A stretch of 63,042 nt of DNA, filler included, from Neolecta irregularis DAH-3 (lineage: Eukaryota): NCBI GenBank assembly GCA_001929475.1. It is 7 parts of 7 records of this genome, joined end to end, with 100 filler letters (N's around TTAATTAATTAA, not from the genome) between each part and the next. Parts side by side here need not be neighbours in the genome. Positions count along the whole stretch, not along the records: positions 1 to 18,768 come from LXFE01000410.1; 6 more parts are not named here. One strand, 5' to 3'. Shown here piece by piece: positions 1 through 11,891 of the stretch (its first letter is position 1; the number at the start of each line of letters is the position of its first letter). The notes under the pieces are model-generated. The model saw nothing but the letters and a program-made list of their open reading frames with translations. It was not told the DNA's origin and ran no database searches. The position numbers and the translations under genes were made by a program.

Positions 1-1555
1 GCGGCGCGCCGCTCGGCCTCGCGCCGCGCGCGCTGTTCTTCGCGCCGCTTGCGCTGCTCCTCGAGCCTGAGCGCCTCAGCCTCGCGCCGCTGCTCCTCGA
101 GCTTGAGCGCCTCGGCCTCGCGCCGCTGCCGCTCCTCGTCCTTGCGCTGCTTCTCCAGCCGCCGCTTGTCCTTCTTCTTCTCCTTCTCCCGCGCCTTGCG
201 CAGCTCCCGCGTCTCGGCCTTGCGCGACTCCTCCTCGAGCTCCTCCAGCAGCCGCCGCTGCCGGTCCTGCGCAACCTTCTCGCGGTACGCATGCAGCACC
301 CGCTGCTCAAACATGCGCGCCGCAAACACCTGGAACATCCGCCGGCCCTCCGCCATCCGCTGCTCCTCAGACACGGCCTCCTTCCCGTCAGCCGGCACCC
401 CAGACCGCTCACCTCTTCGTCCTCATCCTCATCCTCGTCCTCATACTCGTCCTCGTCCTCGCCATACTCCTCCTCGTCCTCATACTCGGCCTGCGCTTCA
501 ATCGCCGCCTCCTCTTCCCGCTGCATCCGGCGCTCAGCCAGCTGCTCCATCATGTCGATAAACTTCTTGCCGTCGTTCTTGAGCAGATCGTCCGCAACAG
601 TAAGTATCCCGCCTACTATAAGCACTCCCCGCCGGCACTACACACCCTTCACCGTCAGGCTGTTGCCAAAAGTGAAAAAGTCGGGCCGCGGCTCCTCTTC
701 GTCTCCACTATACTCGTCCTCGTCGTAGTCCTCCTCCTCCCCGTACTCCTCATCCGTCTCTTCCTGCAGCGGCGTGCTGCCCGGGAACGGCCCCGCCAAC
801 GCATGCACTCCATACTGCCGCTGGTGGTTTGCGTACTGCTCCAGTTCTTCATAATATGCATTATACAACACCTCGAGCTCCTCCTCAATAGCATTCCTGC
901 AGTGAGCCCTCTCCTTTGAATTCCATACCTCTTTCTGCCGCACACGGTACACGAACACGTATGTTTCTGCTGCTCCTTCATCTTCTTCAACACCGCGTCC
1001 TTCTCTACTTTGACAAGTCCACGCCGTTCTCCCTCTCCCAGCTGAAGCCAAAACTCTTTTATCCGCTCTCGCTCCTCGCCCGTGCTCGTATTCCAGATCC
1101 GGTCCTTGTTTTTCCGCGGTATCTGGATAGACACGGACGCGTGGATTTCTGTGACAATCGTCTTGCCCTTGCTTTTCATCTGCGGCAGCGGGGGCGGGAG
1201 CTCAGAAGGGGGGAGATACGACAACGGCTGGTACGCATCTTCGTCTTCCTCCTCGCTGTCATACTCGCCCGGATTGCCAAACTCGCCAAACTGCTGTGAA
1301 ATTCCACGGTGGTATTCGTTGTGGGTTATGGGGTCCGGCGGAGGCGCTTCCTTTGCCTTTCGCCGCTTCTTCTTCTTCTTCTTGGACGAGGGGGGCGCGG
1401 CAGTGTCTGTGGGTTTGGCGTGGGCGTGGTTGTGGTTGTGGGTGCACTGTAGCCGGCTGTATGGATGCGGGGACTGGGGCTATATGTGAGTGGCATAGAG
1501 CAGAGCACCGTACGGCGGCGCCCTTGGCGATGTCCTGGGCGGGCTGGGCAGGCAT
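1..1555 (-). CDS. NST1: Stress response protein Nst1 (3' end runs off the window; multi-exon)
   Basis: Translation contains [57 protein letters not shown] and [19 protein letters not shown], typical of Nst1. The first exon [14 protein letters not shown] is followed by a 34-nt GTACGG..TAG intron. Confidence 0.9.
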
Positions 1556-1631
1556 GGTGGACGGCTGTCGGTCAAAAGGGCGGCACAGGCCGGGATAAAA
1601 GCAGCGGCGATGCTCCGCACGACGACCAGCC

Positions 1632-1690
1632 GCTGAGATATATGCTGCGAGATATATGCTGCGAGATATGTGCTGCGAGATATGTGCTGC
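1632..1690. repeat. 14-bp tandem repeat GCTGCGAGATATRT (about 4 copies) in the NST1/RHO2 divergent promoter
   Basis: Directly visible in the sequence. Confidence 0.9.
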
Positions 1691-1792
1691 TCAAGAGGTT
1701 GGGGTGCAAAGCGACGTCTGTTGGTCGCTGCGCGGCGTTGCTTGGCTCTCCACCCAGGCCCTCGTCCTCTCCACCAAACCCCAAAACCCCCA

Positions 1793-2727
1793 ATGGGCAA
1801 CCACGAACCCATCAAACGGCATTCCTTCGTCAAATGCCTCCTCCCGCTCATCTGCTAGAAAGCTCGTCATCATCGGCGACGGCGCTACCGGAAAGACGTC
1901 CCTTCTCTCCGTATTCACCCTCGGCTTTTTTCCAAAGGTCTCCCGCCGGCCCGCCCCCAGGCTAATATCCTAGGACTATGTATGCATCCCCCATCACCAG
2001 CCCGGGTTCACCGCTAGCTGCCCACCGTCTTTGAGCACTACGTCTCGGACTGCCGCGTATGCAGCGTCCCGCCGGCCCCCGCTGACCATCCAGGTCGATG
2101 GCAAGTCAGTGCAGCTGGCGTTATGGTATGTGGCTGTCCCGTAGTTGTGAGCCGTGTCTGATTACTTGTGCTTTCGTACTGCAGGGACACAGCGTATATG
2201 CCCTCCTCTACCCCCTTGTCCGCTCACTGACTTGATAGAGGCCAAGAAGATTATGAGGTACGCAACCCACCCCCCTCGGTTCTAACGCCATCCAGCGTCT
2301 AAGGCCCTTGTGTTACAACAAATCCCACGTCATCGTCATTGCTTACTCGGTCGATAACCCCGACTCGCTGGAAAACGTCCAGACAAAGGTTTTCAACACA
2401 CCCCCATTTATATCTCATTGCAAGTGGTACGAGGAAGCTACTTCGCTATGCCCCGGCGTGCCCATCATCCTCGTAGGCCTTAAAGCCGACCTTCGTCGAA
2501 ATCCCCAGGCTATCGAAGCCATGCGTTTAAAAAGCCTCAATTTCGTCGATTCAAAGGAAGCCGAAGCCGTGTCGAGATCTATTGGTGCTAAAAAGTTTTT
2601 AGAATGCAGTGCTCTTGAAAGTGATAAAGTTGACGATGTATTTGAAGCCGCTACGAGAGCCGCAATCACTTTTCAAGAGGCCAGTGACTCTGGGGGAGTC
2701 TTTGCAAATTGCTGTGTACTTTTCTGA
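1793..2727 (+). CDS. RHO2: Rho-family small GTPase, Rho2 type (9 exons, including 6- and 9-nt micro-exons)
   Basis: Spliced translation [38 protein letters not shown]...LWDTAGQEDYERLRPL...LKADLR...ECSAL, ending in the CAAX box CCVLF. Confidence 0.92.
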
Positions 2728-3060
2728 TTGGGTAGTAGTCCTCATCCCTTCTAGCTGAATCATAGACACATCGGCGTTTGGGCTCGAGAGAGCGTGATTC
2801 TGTTAACTTGTCTTTTTTGGTCTCTAGACTTTTTCCTCTGGAATGCTCCAACCTTGATTTCTTCTGTCGAGCGGGTGTTTGTGGTATCAGAATAATAGCA
2901 ATAATTCGATAGATGTTTCATTTTCGAAATGATCTTGAAGCATGTAGGTAGTCTTACTGAAAGTTTAAAAAGAATATTTGTTTATGTATTATTACAGACT
3001 TGCAACTGGGTACATCGTGTCACCTGAAATTCCTGTCGCCCTCTCCTCACCCCCAAAATC

Positions 3061-3479
3061 ATGTCCGGAGTAAAAGTTCCCCAGCCAGAATTGAAAAAGG
3101 TATTCCCATATCTCATTATATTTCTCACCAGATAGTATATGGATAAGAAAATATTTGTACGGGTCTTTCTCTTGGCGTTGGCCAATTTTATAGATTCAGT
3201 TGGACGGGAAACGAAAAGTCATCGGCACACTACGAGGCTACGACGTACTCCCAAAAACACCGCCAAACCTAACGAAAAGCTCTTCTTAAACATCGTACTC
3301 GAAGACGCCGTGGAAGAAAAAGACAGTGGAGAAAAACCGAAAATTGGAACAGTGGTAGGACGCCTTTTAACCCTCGCTGATCCTCTAGGTGATTCGCGGG
3401 AAAAGTGTAGTTATGATAGAGGTATATTTCCGTGTTTTTGCCACTTGCTCACTGCACCAAGACCTTGGAGAAGATATAG
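3061..3479 (+). CDS. SMX2: Spliceosomal Sm protein G (6 exons)
   Basis: Spliced MSGVKVPQPELKKYMDKKIFIQLDGKRKVIGTLRGYDLFLNIVLEDAVEE...VVIRGKSVVMIETLEKI carries the Sm1 and Sm2 motifs. Confidence 0.93.
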
Positions 3480-4042
3480 ATCGGTGGAAACCCATTGGTT
3501 GGTAGGCTATTTGTAGGCGAAATCTTTTTGTATTTCTTGAACAGATATTGAAATATTTCAGGTACCTTTTCAGCTGTAAACACAAGAACGTGGTCTCGAC
3601 TCGCTTCGGTAATTGGAGTTCCTTTACGTTGGCGATTTAGATCGAGGATGGGTTCTAGATGGACGACTTTAGAATACTGACCCAAAATGATCAACTAGAT
3701 CCTCCTATTGATCGACGATCTGCGCTTTGGTCAATATTGCGTAATATTATTTCTGTCCTGTCGGTGTTGAAGTCGGCACACCTACCGTGCTGTGAAACCA
3801 TTGCAGCAACATATATTCGAGCAATGTCTGTCTTTGATTACGTTCAAGGCCAGAACATAAACGCCCTCTACATGGTTCCGGAAATACGACCCGCTCTGGC
3901 TACCGTTAATATACCGTTTGTCTTTTGACGAGATCTAGACTGTCGCTAGCCCACAATCCATAAATTAGTTTTCCTTGTCCTGCTTGCTGATTCTTGGTCA
4001 TGTAGATAAATACTCTGGTGGCCCCATCTATCGTTCAGTATT

Positions 4043-5530
4043 ATGGTCTTTAGCAATTCTTTCCACTCTGATGGTATCTACCACGGTTTACCTGATATTC
4101 CAACAACAATCACCGGGAAATCTGCAATCGTCTGCGGATCCAATGGCATCAGCGTACGTTGTCATCACCATCTACCTTCTCAGCTCCATCTCAGGGTACC
4201 CACATGCTCCGAGTTCTCAAGAAATCTCCACAGCGCTGGTCTAAAGTCTATTCCATCTCCCGTCGCCCGTCAATGGAGCCTCTACCAGATCATTTTTCCC
4301 ATCTCATAATAGATTTGGAAATGCCCGTCGACGAAATCGCAACTGTATTGAAACAAGCAAATGTTCAAGCGTACACATCATATACCCTCCAATCTCTGAT
4401 TTCTTTTAAGCGATTATGTATTTTATTTCGCGTACAAACAACCGGCACCCAAACCTGGATCCAATCCATGGTCCTGCGCAAGAGAACTAGCCGAGATAAA
4501 CGGTACTCTCCGTACCTTTTTCAATATTAATACTATCAAGGCACCCTCTTTAACAATTTCCTCAATAGTTTGACGGTCGCTGGTATAAAACCCGAACGAA
4601 TCCTTTTACAAACTGGAACCAAGAATTATGGGTGCCATTTAGGACCATATTTTTGTCCTGGTCGTGAAGAAGATCCCCGAATTGAACAGGAACCGAATTT
4701 TTATTACACGGAAGAAGATACCATGTGGAAATGGTGTTTGCAGAATAAAGTCGATTGGAACATTGCGATGCCATGTGTCATGCAGGGAACAGTTAGAGAC
4801 GGAATACAATCAATCATTAACCCGATCGGTGTGTATGCAGCTATTCAAAAAGTGCTAGGTCGCAAGATGATCTGGCCTTCTGATTTCACAGCCTGGGAAA
4901 CTGAACAAGCGCAGTCGAACGGGTATTTAAATGCCTATCTAGAAGAATGGGCGGTTTTAAACCCGGAAGCCGCGAATGAAAAGTTCAATGCGACGGATGG
5001 ATCGTATTTCACTTGGGCGAGAGCTTGGCCTAGAATCGCGGCTCGATACGGGATAGAATGGGAGGGTCCTTCAGAGGCAAATGAAGGCAAGTACCAAGTA
5101 ACGGAGACATACACGGTCCCTCCGCCCATCGGGTAAGATCATCGCGCAAAGTTTTATAATGTGGAAAGATATGGCGGAACTGCAAGGGTTCGAATACATA
5201 GCTCGCTAGCCGCTTGGAGCCAAGAGCCTAAAGTTCGAGAAACGTGGTACAAGTTGGCCAAAGAACAGGGGTTACCAATGGAATACATTGAAAAAACTGA
5301 CCGGTTCTGGTTTGCAGATTATATTCTAGCCTGGTCATGGCCCATTACACAAAGGTATGTCGTTTCACCCACAATAAAAGTCTAATATTTATAGCATGGA
5401 CAAAACTCGTAAAATGGGGTTCATGGGAACTTGTAACTCTGAGGAGGCAATCATTGATTTGATAAAAGAATGCGAAGAATTGCATATCTTACCCAATGTT
5501 TTGCTCAACGAGGATAATGTCAAGGACTAG
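4043..5530 (+). CDS. PRISE-family (progesterone 5-beta-reductase/iridoid synthase-like) NAD(P)-dependent reductase
   Basis: SAIVCGSNGIS Rossmann motif, WSKVYSISRRP, ILLQTGTKNYG, PNFYY, FNATDG and SMDKTRKMGF. Confidence 0.85.
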
Positions 5531-7109
5531 ACAAAGAGCTCAGATCATCATGAGAATTTCTGATATTGGTGGCTTTGAAAGTGGACTAATATTGATATTT
5601 ATTGACAATTGTACCTTTCACTTGGAACCCCTCATCCAATTGATGTGTCATATCAGTTACCAAAATCGTGCTTCGTGATGGCGGTTGAGGTTCGACTGTT
5701 CCCAAACTGAGATTAATTCGCCGCGAGGAAGCCAGTAACTGTCCCTGCCTGGCAGGAAACAATGCTTTGCAAGATATTTTAGGAGTATGGGGCGTGCTGA
5801 CGAGTCACCGGGTCTTAGCTTAGCTTTCCATTTTTTTATCTACAACGTGTATTGGAAGGAAGTAGTGTACAATATAGTTAGTCCTCTGCCCCTCTTTCTT
5901 TATAACGAATATCAAAGATCAAAAAAAAAACCTTAAAAGTCTACCGGCTACTACTACCCGCCCATTTAACAATCAACAATCGCTTTATCTCCATCCTTTT
6001 GACGACTTTAACCCTTGGGACGGATTCTGCGCGACAAAGTGAAAAGCCGGAAGGCCACTTCTCGTCGACTTTATGGGACGACAATCTATTGGCTACAGAA
6101 TATCAGATTGCCAGAATGAGCTTTTTCACGAAAAGATCAGCCTCTTGACTGTAACTGTTCACCTCAGAATCCACAAAGAGATCTGCAGGTCGCTGAGTCT
6201 AATTCTGGTCGTCATCCCGCAAGTCCAATTGATGCAAGGCTGGCAGAAAGATTGACCTTGGCGAAAATTCAGACGCTGAGGGAGAAACTAGCTAGTTTTC
6301 TATATTAGCAACCCGCAGAGTACACGTCCTAGAAAACGGAAAGATTGAGAAACGAGGCATGACTAAACTAGACCATGAGGCAACTAGCCATTCCCCGGTC
6401 GAGGGTGGAGTGGGTTTGGCCTCCTCCCTTCCAGAGGTCATAGTTCTGAGACTGAATATGATGATTGTTGGATTAGGGCCAGTATGAGGAGATGGAGCGA
6501 GAGAAGACAAGTCGAGTGAATAGCAAGAAACCATCTACCAATCACTGCATGAGTCTTGTGACAAATTGAACATGACCGTTTCCTTTGAGCATGCGCTATG
6601 AAAGTCCGGCTGCAACTAGTCGCGTGATATGCTTTCTTATAAGCATTCTTGCGCTCATATCCCCTATTCATTGTGTCCACGCGAAACGGGAGTAAATATT
6701 CGTTGGTGCTCGTCTCCTTTCTTTGGGCTTCCAGCCGGCTCAGAACTGCAAGCTCAGACAGAGCGTCCTGCTTTTATTGACAGATCAAGCTTTCGCTGCC
6801 ATCCAATCGCCTTGAGGCAATGAGGACCAGCCTGCTTTCCAGGCAGCTACGCATCCATCAGCAGCAGCGGGCGGCGCGGCTAGTCCTGAACCCATGACTC
6901 TTGATGGGAGTACACCCTATTTAAGAGACGCCGCTCTAAGCTTCCGTGACGTGTATCAATGGCTGGAGGCGGCATATAAAATTAGCGGGGCGCCCCAGTG
7001 TCATTTACTTCGTCCCTCTACGGCGGTTGCATTTCCCCACATCCCCACACCGGCACTTCTATCTCCTGTTTACACGCACGCGATCTTCAAGGTAGCACGA
7101 TATTTGACC

Positions 7110-9094
7110 ATGGGCCCGGCGCCCGCCGAATTTGAAGAAAAGTACCGCACGTCGCACGAGCCTAGCAGTTATCATACAGCCGAAAATAGGCTTCCTCGAT
7201 GGGCTGAGCCTCGTGAACCTCCAAGAATAAAATGGCTCGATGGGCATCGCATTCGTGTTATGCTCTTGTCTCTCTTCCTCTTGGTCGGTTTATCGACTTT
7301 TGCTCGCGATCACCACTCGGATCGAGTTGCAGACGAGGCGTGGATCAACTCGGAATACGAAATCGCCTTGGATCTTTTTCAAAAAAACATTCATCCCCCC
7401 GGTACAAGCCCCGGCACGGTTGTCGCAAGCGATTCTAAACACAGTCCTAATTATTGGTATCATGTATGGCTTTGCACATAGAGCTATGCTGACATTCTTC
7501 TAGTGGGTTCGGGATGCAGCAATCGTCATGGATGTACTTCTAATTTAAGACATCTTATTGATTAGAAGACTCTTGTTACTCTATATGAGTCTCCGGAAAC
7601 CTCTACAGCGGATAAGGATAAGTATGAAAACCTATTGAAAGAGTATGTGGGACATGAGTACGTTATCCAACACACTCAAAATCCATCGGGGAACTATGGA
7701 TATAATGGTCAAGGTGGAGGTATGCTACATACTTGTACTCGAATATTATCTAATTTTCAGGGTTGGGTGAGCCCAAGTACAGATATAAAATATCTGGCTG
7801 ATATCAAGGTTCAACGTTGACGACACTGCTTTCACTGGTGCGGACCTGTTCCTCAGCAAAGGCTAACATGCAGATAACTGGGGAAGGCCTCAAGTATATC
7901 CAGTCTAAACAAAATATATTCAATAGCTTAGAATGATGGTCCTGCATTACGCGCCATGACACTGGTTCGATTCGCTCGAGCTTATCTCTCGAGATATTCG
8001 TATTCTACGGCTGCTATATCTTACATTACCGAGCTGTACGATAGTAAATATCCTACAGAGTCTGGTTTGTCGGATCGGCTCGATGTGCCTGACAATTAGT
8101 CATCAAAGCGGATTTGGAGTACATAGGCCACCGATTCGATCAGTGGTACAACTTTGATCTCTGGGAAGAAGTCACCAACTCGCTTCACTATTTCACCCTC
8201 CAAGTTCAAAGATGCGCTCTTATTGAGGGAGCTCTTCTCGCAGATGTTCTCGGAGATTCTGGCGCTGCGGATTGGTATAATGCTATTTCCAGTAATATCA
8301 CCACTACCCTAGATCGTTTCTGGGACCCAAATCGAGGCATTATTCGCAGTCATGAACAGGAGATAAGGTATGTCCTATGTCATCTCCAAGTTGACCCTAG
8401 AAAATCCAATCTTGATATTTCTACCCTTCTTGGAATTTTGCATGGTTCTGGCAAGGTACACTATCAGTTATCACAGCCAGGTACACCTACTATTTCGCTC
8501 GCGTTTTTAAAAAGTATAGATAGCGATCGTATCTTCTCAACTCTAAACAAATTGAATGCATCTTTTGCTCATGAGTATGCTTTGAACAGTGGCCGTCGCT
8601 ACCCAGCGATTGGAAGATATCCAGAGTAAGCAGTGGATTCTATTACTATCTGAAATGTCTAGAGATTTATACTATAACGGGAATCCATGGTTTCTCGCAA
8701 CTCTGGCATACGCAGAGCTACTCTACCGATCGTTGCTTTACTGGGGCTCGACGGGATCTGTGACCGTCACTTCCGTCTCGATTGATTTTTTCCAAGCATA
8801 TAAACCAATCTCAGCCGGTAGCTACCCTTCGTACAGTACCGAATTTTCAGAAATTATCTGCGGGGTGTGGAAAGATGCTGAAAGCCGACTTGGAATTGTT
8901 CAAGAATTTGCTACCGATGGGATCATGGCAGAACAATTTGATAGGTATCGGATTATTGTAGAAGCTATCTGATCTCATCTAGGAATACCGGTGAGCAGTT
9001 GTCTGCAACAAATCTAACTTGGAATTACGGTGAATACTTGAGAACATATTGGGCTCGTAAGGACGCCTCGGCATTTGCGGATCAATGCAATTAG
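7110..9094 (+). CDS. Glucoamylase, glycoside hydrolase family 15, with an N-terminal membrane anchor
   Basis: NYWYHWVRDAA, GLGEPKF, WGRPQNDGPALRA, DLWEE (catalytic acid), GRYPEDLY, GNPWFLAT, EQFDR (catalytic base) and LTW motifs. Confidence 0.93.
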
Positions 9095-9216
9095 GGTATA
9101 GAGGGGAAATATTTTTATTCATTTTATCTTGTATGAGTATTTTAACCAGCATGATAAATAAGCACAAGGCATCATTGTGAGTCTTCGTCAGTGCCATTGT
9201 TGCGATACTTTCTTTA

Positions 9217-10414
9217 ATGAGACTCATAGCTTACTCTCGCCACCATTTTCCTCTTCAACCACTTTTGCGCCCTTCAGTGATCTCTCGTCCAATCTTTCCA
9301 TCCAGTTTCACCCGGTTTTACTCACTCAAGATGAAGCTTGGCACACACTCGGGAACATTCCATGCCGATGAAGCATTGGCAATTTACCTCCTCCGGTTAC
9401 TTCCAAAATACAAACACTCAACGCTCTTGCGCTCCCGTGACCCAGCCTTATTGGAAACTTGCGATTTAGTGGTTGATGTAGGTGGGAAATATGATAGAGT
9501 AAAATGGTTTGATCACCATCAACGAGGCTTTGAAGAAACTTTTTCACCAGGGAAAACAACCAAACTTAGCTCGGCGGGTTTAGTCTACAAGTACTTCAGT
9601 TCGCTCTGATACCTGATTGACTGTAGACACTTTGGACCGGATATAATCGCGAATGCTACTGATCTTAAAGGTGAGGAGGCGGAATTGATTTATCAGAGAG
9701 TATACGAGGTACGTTTTTCCGTCATCATCATCACTTACGTAAAGAATTTCATCGAAGCAATTGATGCCAATGATAATGGAATCTCTGCCTATCCTAGCGA
9801 TATAAGGCCTAGTTTTAAGAACGATCTCTCTATAATGAGCGTAGTGGACAGCTATAATCCGTGCCTCTCCTCCATTTTTCCTATCACTGACAGATAAAGC
9901 TCTTGGAATGAAGATTATTCAAATCTCGATTCGAGATTTGAAAAGGCTAGTGGATTTATTGGAAATATCTTTTTGGAGAAATTAAAATATTATGCAGAGG
10001 CTTGGATACCTGCCAGAACTTTAGTTGAAGATGCTTTTTCAACGAGATTCAATATCCATTCCTCTGGAAAAGTAATAAAGTTTGATCGGAGTTTACCCTG
10101 GAAGGTTCTCTCGATAATACGGGATGTATACTGATTGATAGCAACATCTTTTATCACTCCCCGGTGCAGAAGATATACTCTATGTCCTATATCCTGATGG
10201 CCCCCGGTGGAGAATCCAATGTGTTCCTGTTTCTAGAGATAGCTTTCTCTCGAAGAAACTTTTGCCCGAGGAATGGAGAGGCTTGAGGGACGACGAATTA
10301 AGCCGCAAGAGCAAAATTGATGGGTGTATATTTGTGCATGCCAATGGGTTTACCGGAGGTGTTGAAACATGGGATGGAGCTGTCAAAATGGTGGATATTG
10401 CTGTGAGAGCATAG
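9217..10414 (+). CDS. MYG1: MYG1-family exonuclease; Arg-rich presequence before Met at 9331
   Basis: GTHSGTFHADEALA, VVDVGG, FDHHQRGF, KLSSAGLVYKHFG, IDANDNG, WRGL and FVHANGFTGG. Confidence 0.95.
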
Positions 10415-10442
10415 ATAGGCCAAGTACCTTCCAAAAACCTTA

Positions 10443-10960
10443 CAACGCCTGAACTGGCGTCTTGTTAGGCGTTGGTTAGAGTTCTTTGTTATTACTCTCT
10501 TCTAGTTTCGCCTTGAAGCGACTTGACTGGGCTGGTGAGGTTACCACCGTCTGCCCGCCCTCTCGCTCCTACTAGGATTACTAACACATTGGGCCTGGTT
10601 GAGTCTCTGTAAGCGTTGGGTGTCCGGACTTGCCGCTCAGGAGACTTCGATGGAAATATACGATCACTATCCTTTGCTATATAGAGGCAACTACATATAT
10701 TCTTGCTCGGGTTAAGCCTGCTTTCTAACGAAGGGCGCTACTTAGATAACAATTGGTATGTGTGCTTTCTTTTCTCGGTTTGCCTCCGTCTTGGGTGGCA
10801 ACACCTGTGATGGACCGTAGTTGGTTTGGTAGGAACGGATTGCCATAGTCTGTCCGTTGGGGTTCTGTCCAGTTAGGGGGGTGCCGGTGGCTCTGGATAT
10901 GGAGGGGCAATCAGTCGGGGGGCTTCGTCGAGTCCCCCAGTCTCCATTCAAGCTGGTCTA
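10443..10960 (+). ncRNA. Candidate long structured non-coding RNA, family unassigned
   Basis: Dense run of hairpins with G-U pairs favouring the + strand, and no credible ORF (see findings). Confidence 0.45.
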
Positions 10961-11015
10961 GGATATTCAACAAAGCGGAGAATTTAGCACATTCGGGAAT
11001 CTATTTCCGAGATTC

Positions 11016-11107
11016 GCTTGCATAGATCAGTTGGTTAGATCGCCGACCTAATAGACATACATCTATTGGGTAGTCGGAGGCCGACAGTTCGAGCCTGTCT
11101 GTGAGCA
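11016..11107 (+). tRNA. tRNA-Ile(AAT) with an 18-nt intron (11054-11071)
   Basis: Cloverleaf with acceptor GCTTGCA/TGTGAGC+A, anticodon stem CCGAC/GTCGG, loop CT-AAT-A[intron]A, T arm GACAG-TTCGAGC-CTGTC, and a downstream T run. Confidence 0.92.
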
Positions 11108-11253
11108 TATTCTTTTTCTATTCCTCTTTTCAGAATCGTTCTAGCACTTCAAAGTAATGGGACAAAGGGGGACGACCGTTTCAGGATAAGTATATAGTCA
11201 ACATTCATTCTTCGGGTTTAAGTTAATGGGAGGCAAAAAATTCAAAAAACTGT

Positions 11254-11345
11254 TGCTCACAGACAGGCTCGAACTGTCGGCCTCCGACTACCCAATAGAT
11301 GCATGTCTATTAGGTCGGCGATCTAACCAACTGATCTATGCAAGC
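11254..11345 (-). tRNA. tRNA-Ile(AAT) with an 18-nt intron, second copy in inverted (convergent) orientation
   Basis: Reverse complement of 11016-11107 except one intronic substitution; has its own T6 terminator. Confidence 0.92.
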
Positions 11346-11891
11346 AGTACAATATTACTCTATGCATAGAGTTATCCTATATATTTCCTTTCCACAAGAA
11401 ATATGTTCATGACATAATGATGATTGAGGCTACTATTAAGAGATAGAGTGACATCAACTTGAACTACATCAGGCGCGAAGAACTATGAGTGACATACCAC
11501 GAAAGCAATGCCTCGGGAAGGTCCAGGTTTAGATAAGCCTTGCATCGTTCGCTTGCCCACCCACCACTTCTTCACCAGCTTAAACTGGAAAAAATTCTAA
11601 TACAAACATCAAGTCTGGCACATAGAAGGGATTAGGAAGATAAAGAGGATGTTATAGTATGCAGGATGCTAGAGATGTGTAAAATTGAGCAAAAAGCGGC
11701 AACGATGTGAATCAAAGTTTTTCCATTGCCAATGTGATCGTTGATTGCGTGATAGCATAGAACCGACATCCTTATAGGATACAAGGGGTGTGAGTGAAAA
11801 CAGGCAAGTGATGATACACCCACCAGTTTCTATGTCTAGAATATATATCGTTAAAGGACGTAAAAAGACAATCAAAGATCATTCCCAGAAT

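Noticed and set aside
49-1965. Many long overlapping ORFs in GC-rich segments (also 32600-33600, 49900-51150 and 57170-58830)
   Set aside because: Shadow frames of real genes, caused by the scarcity of stop codons at high GC.
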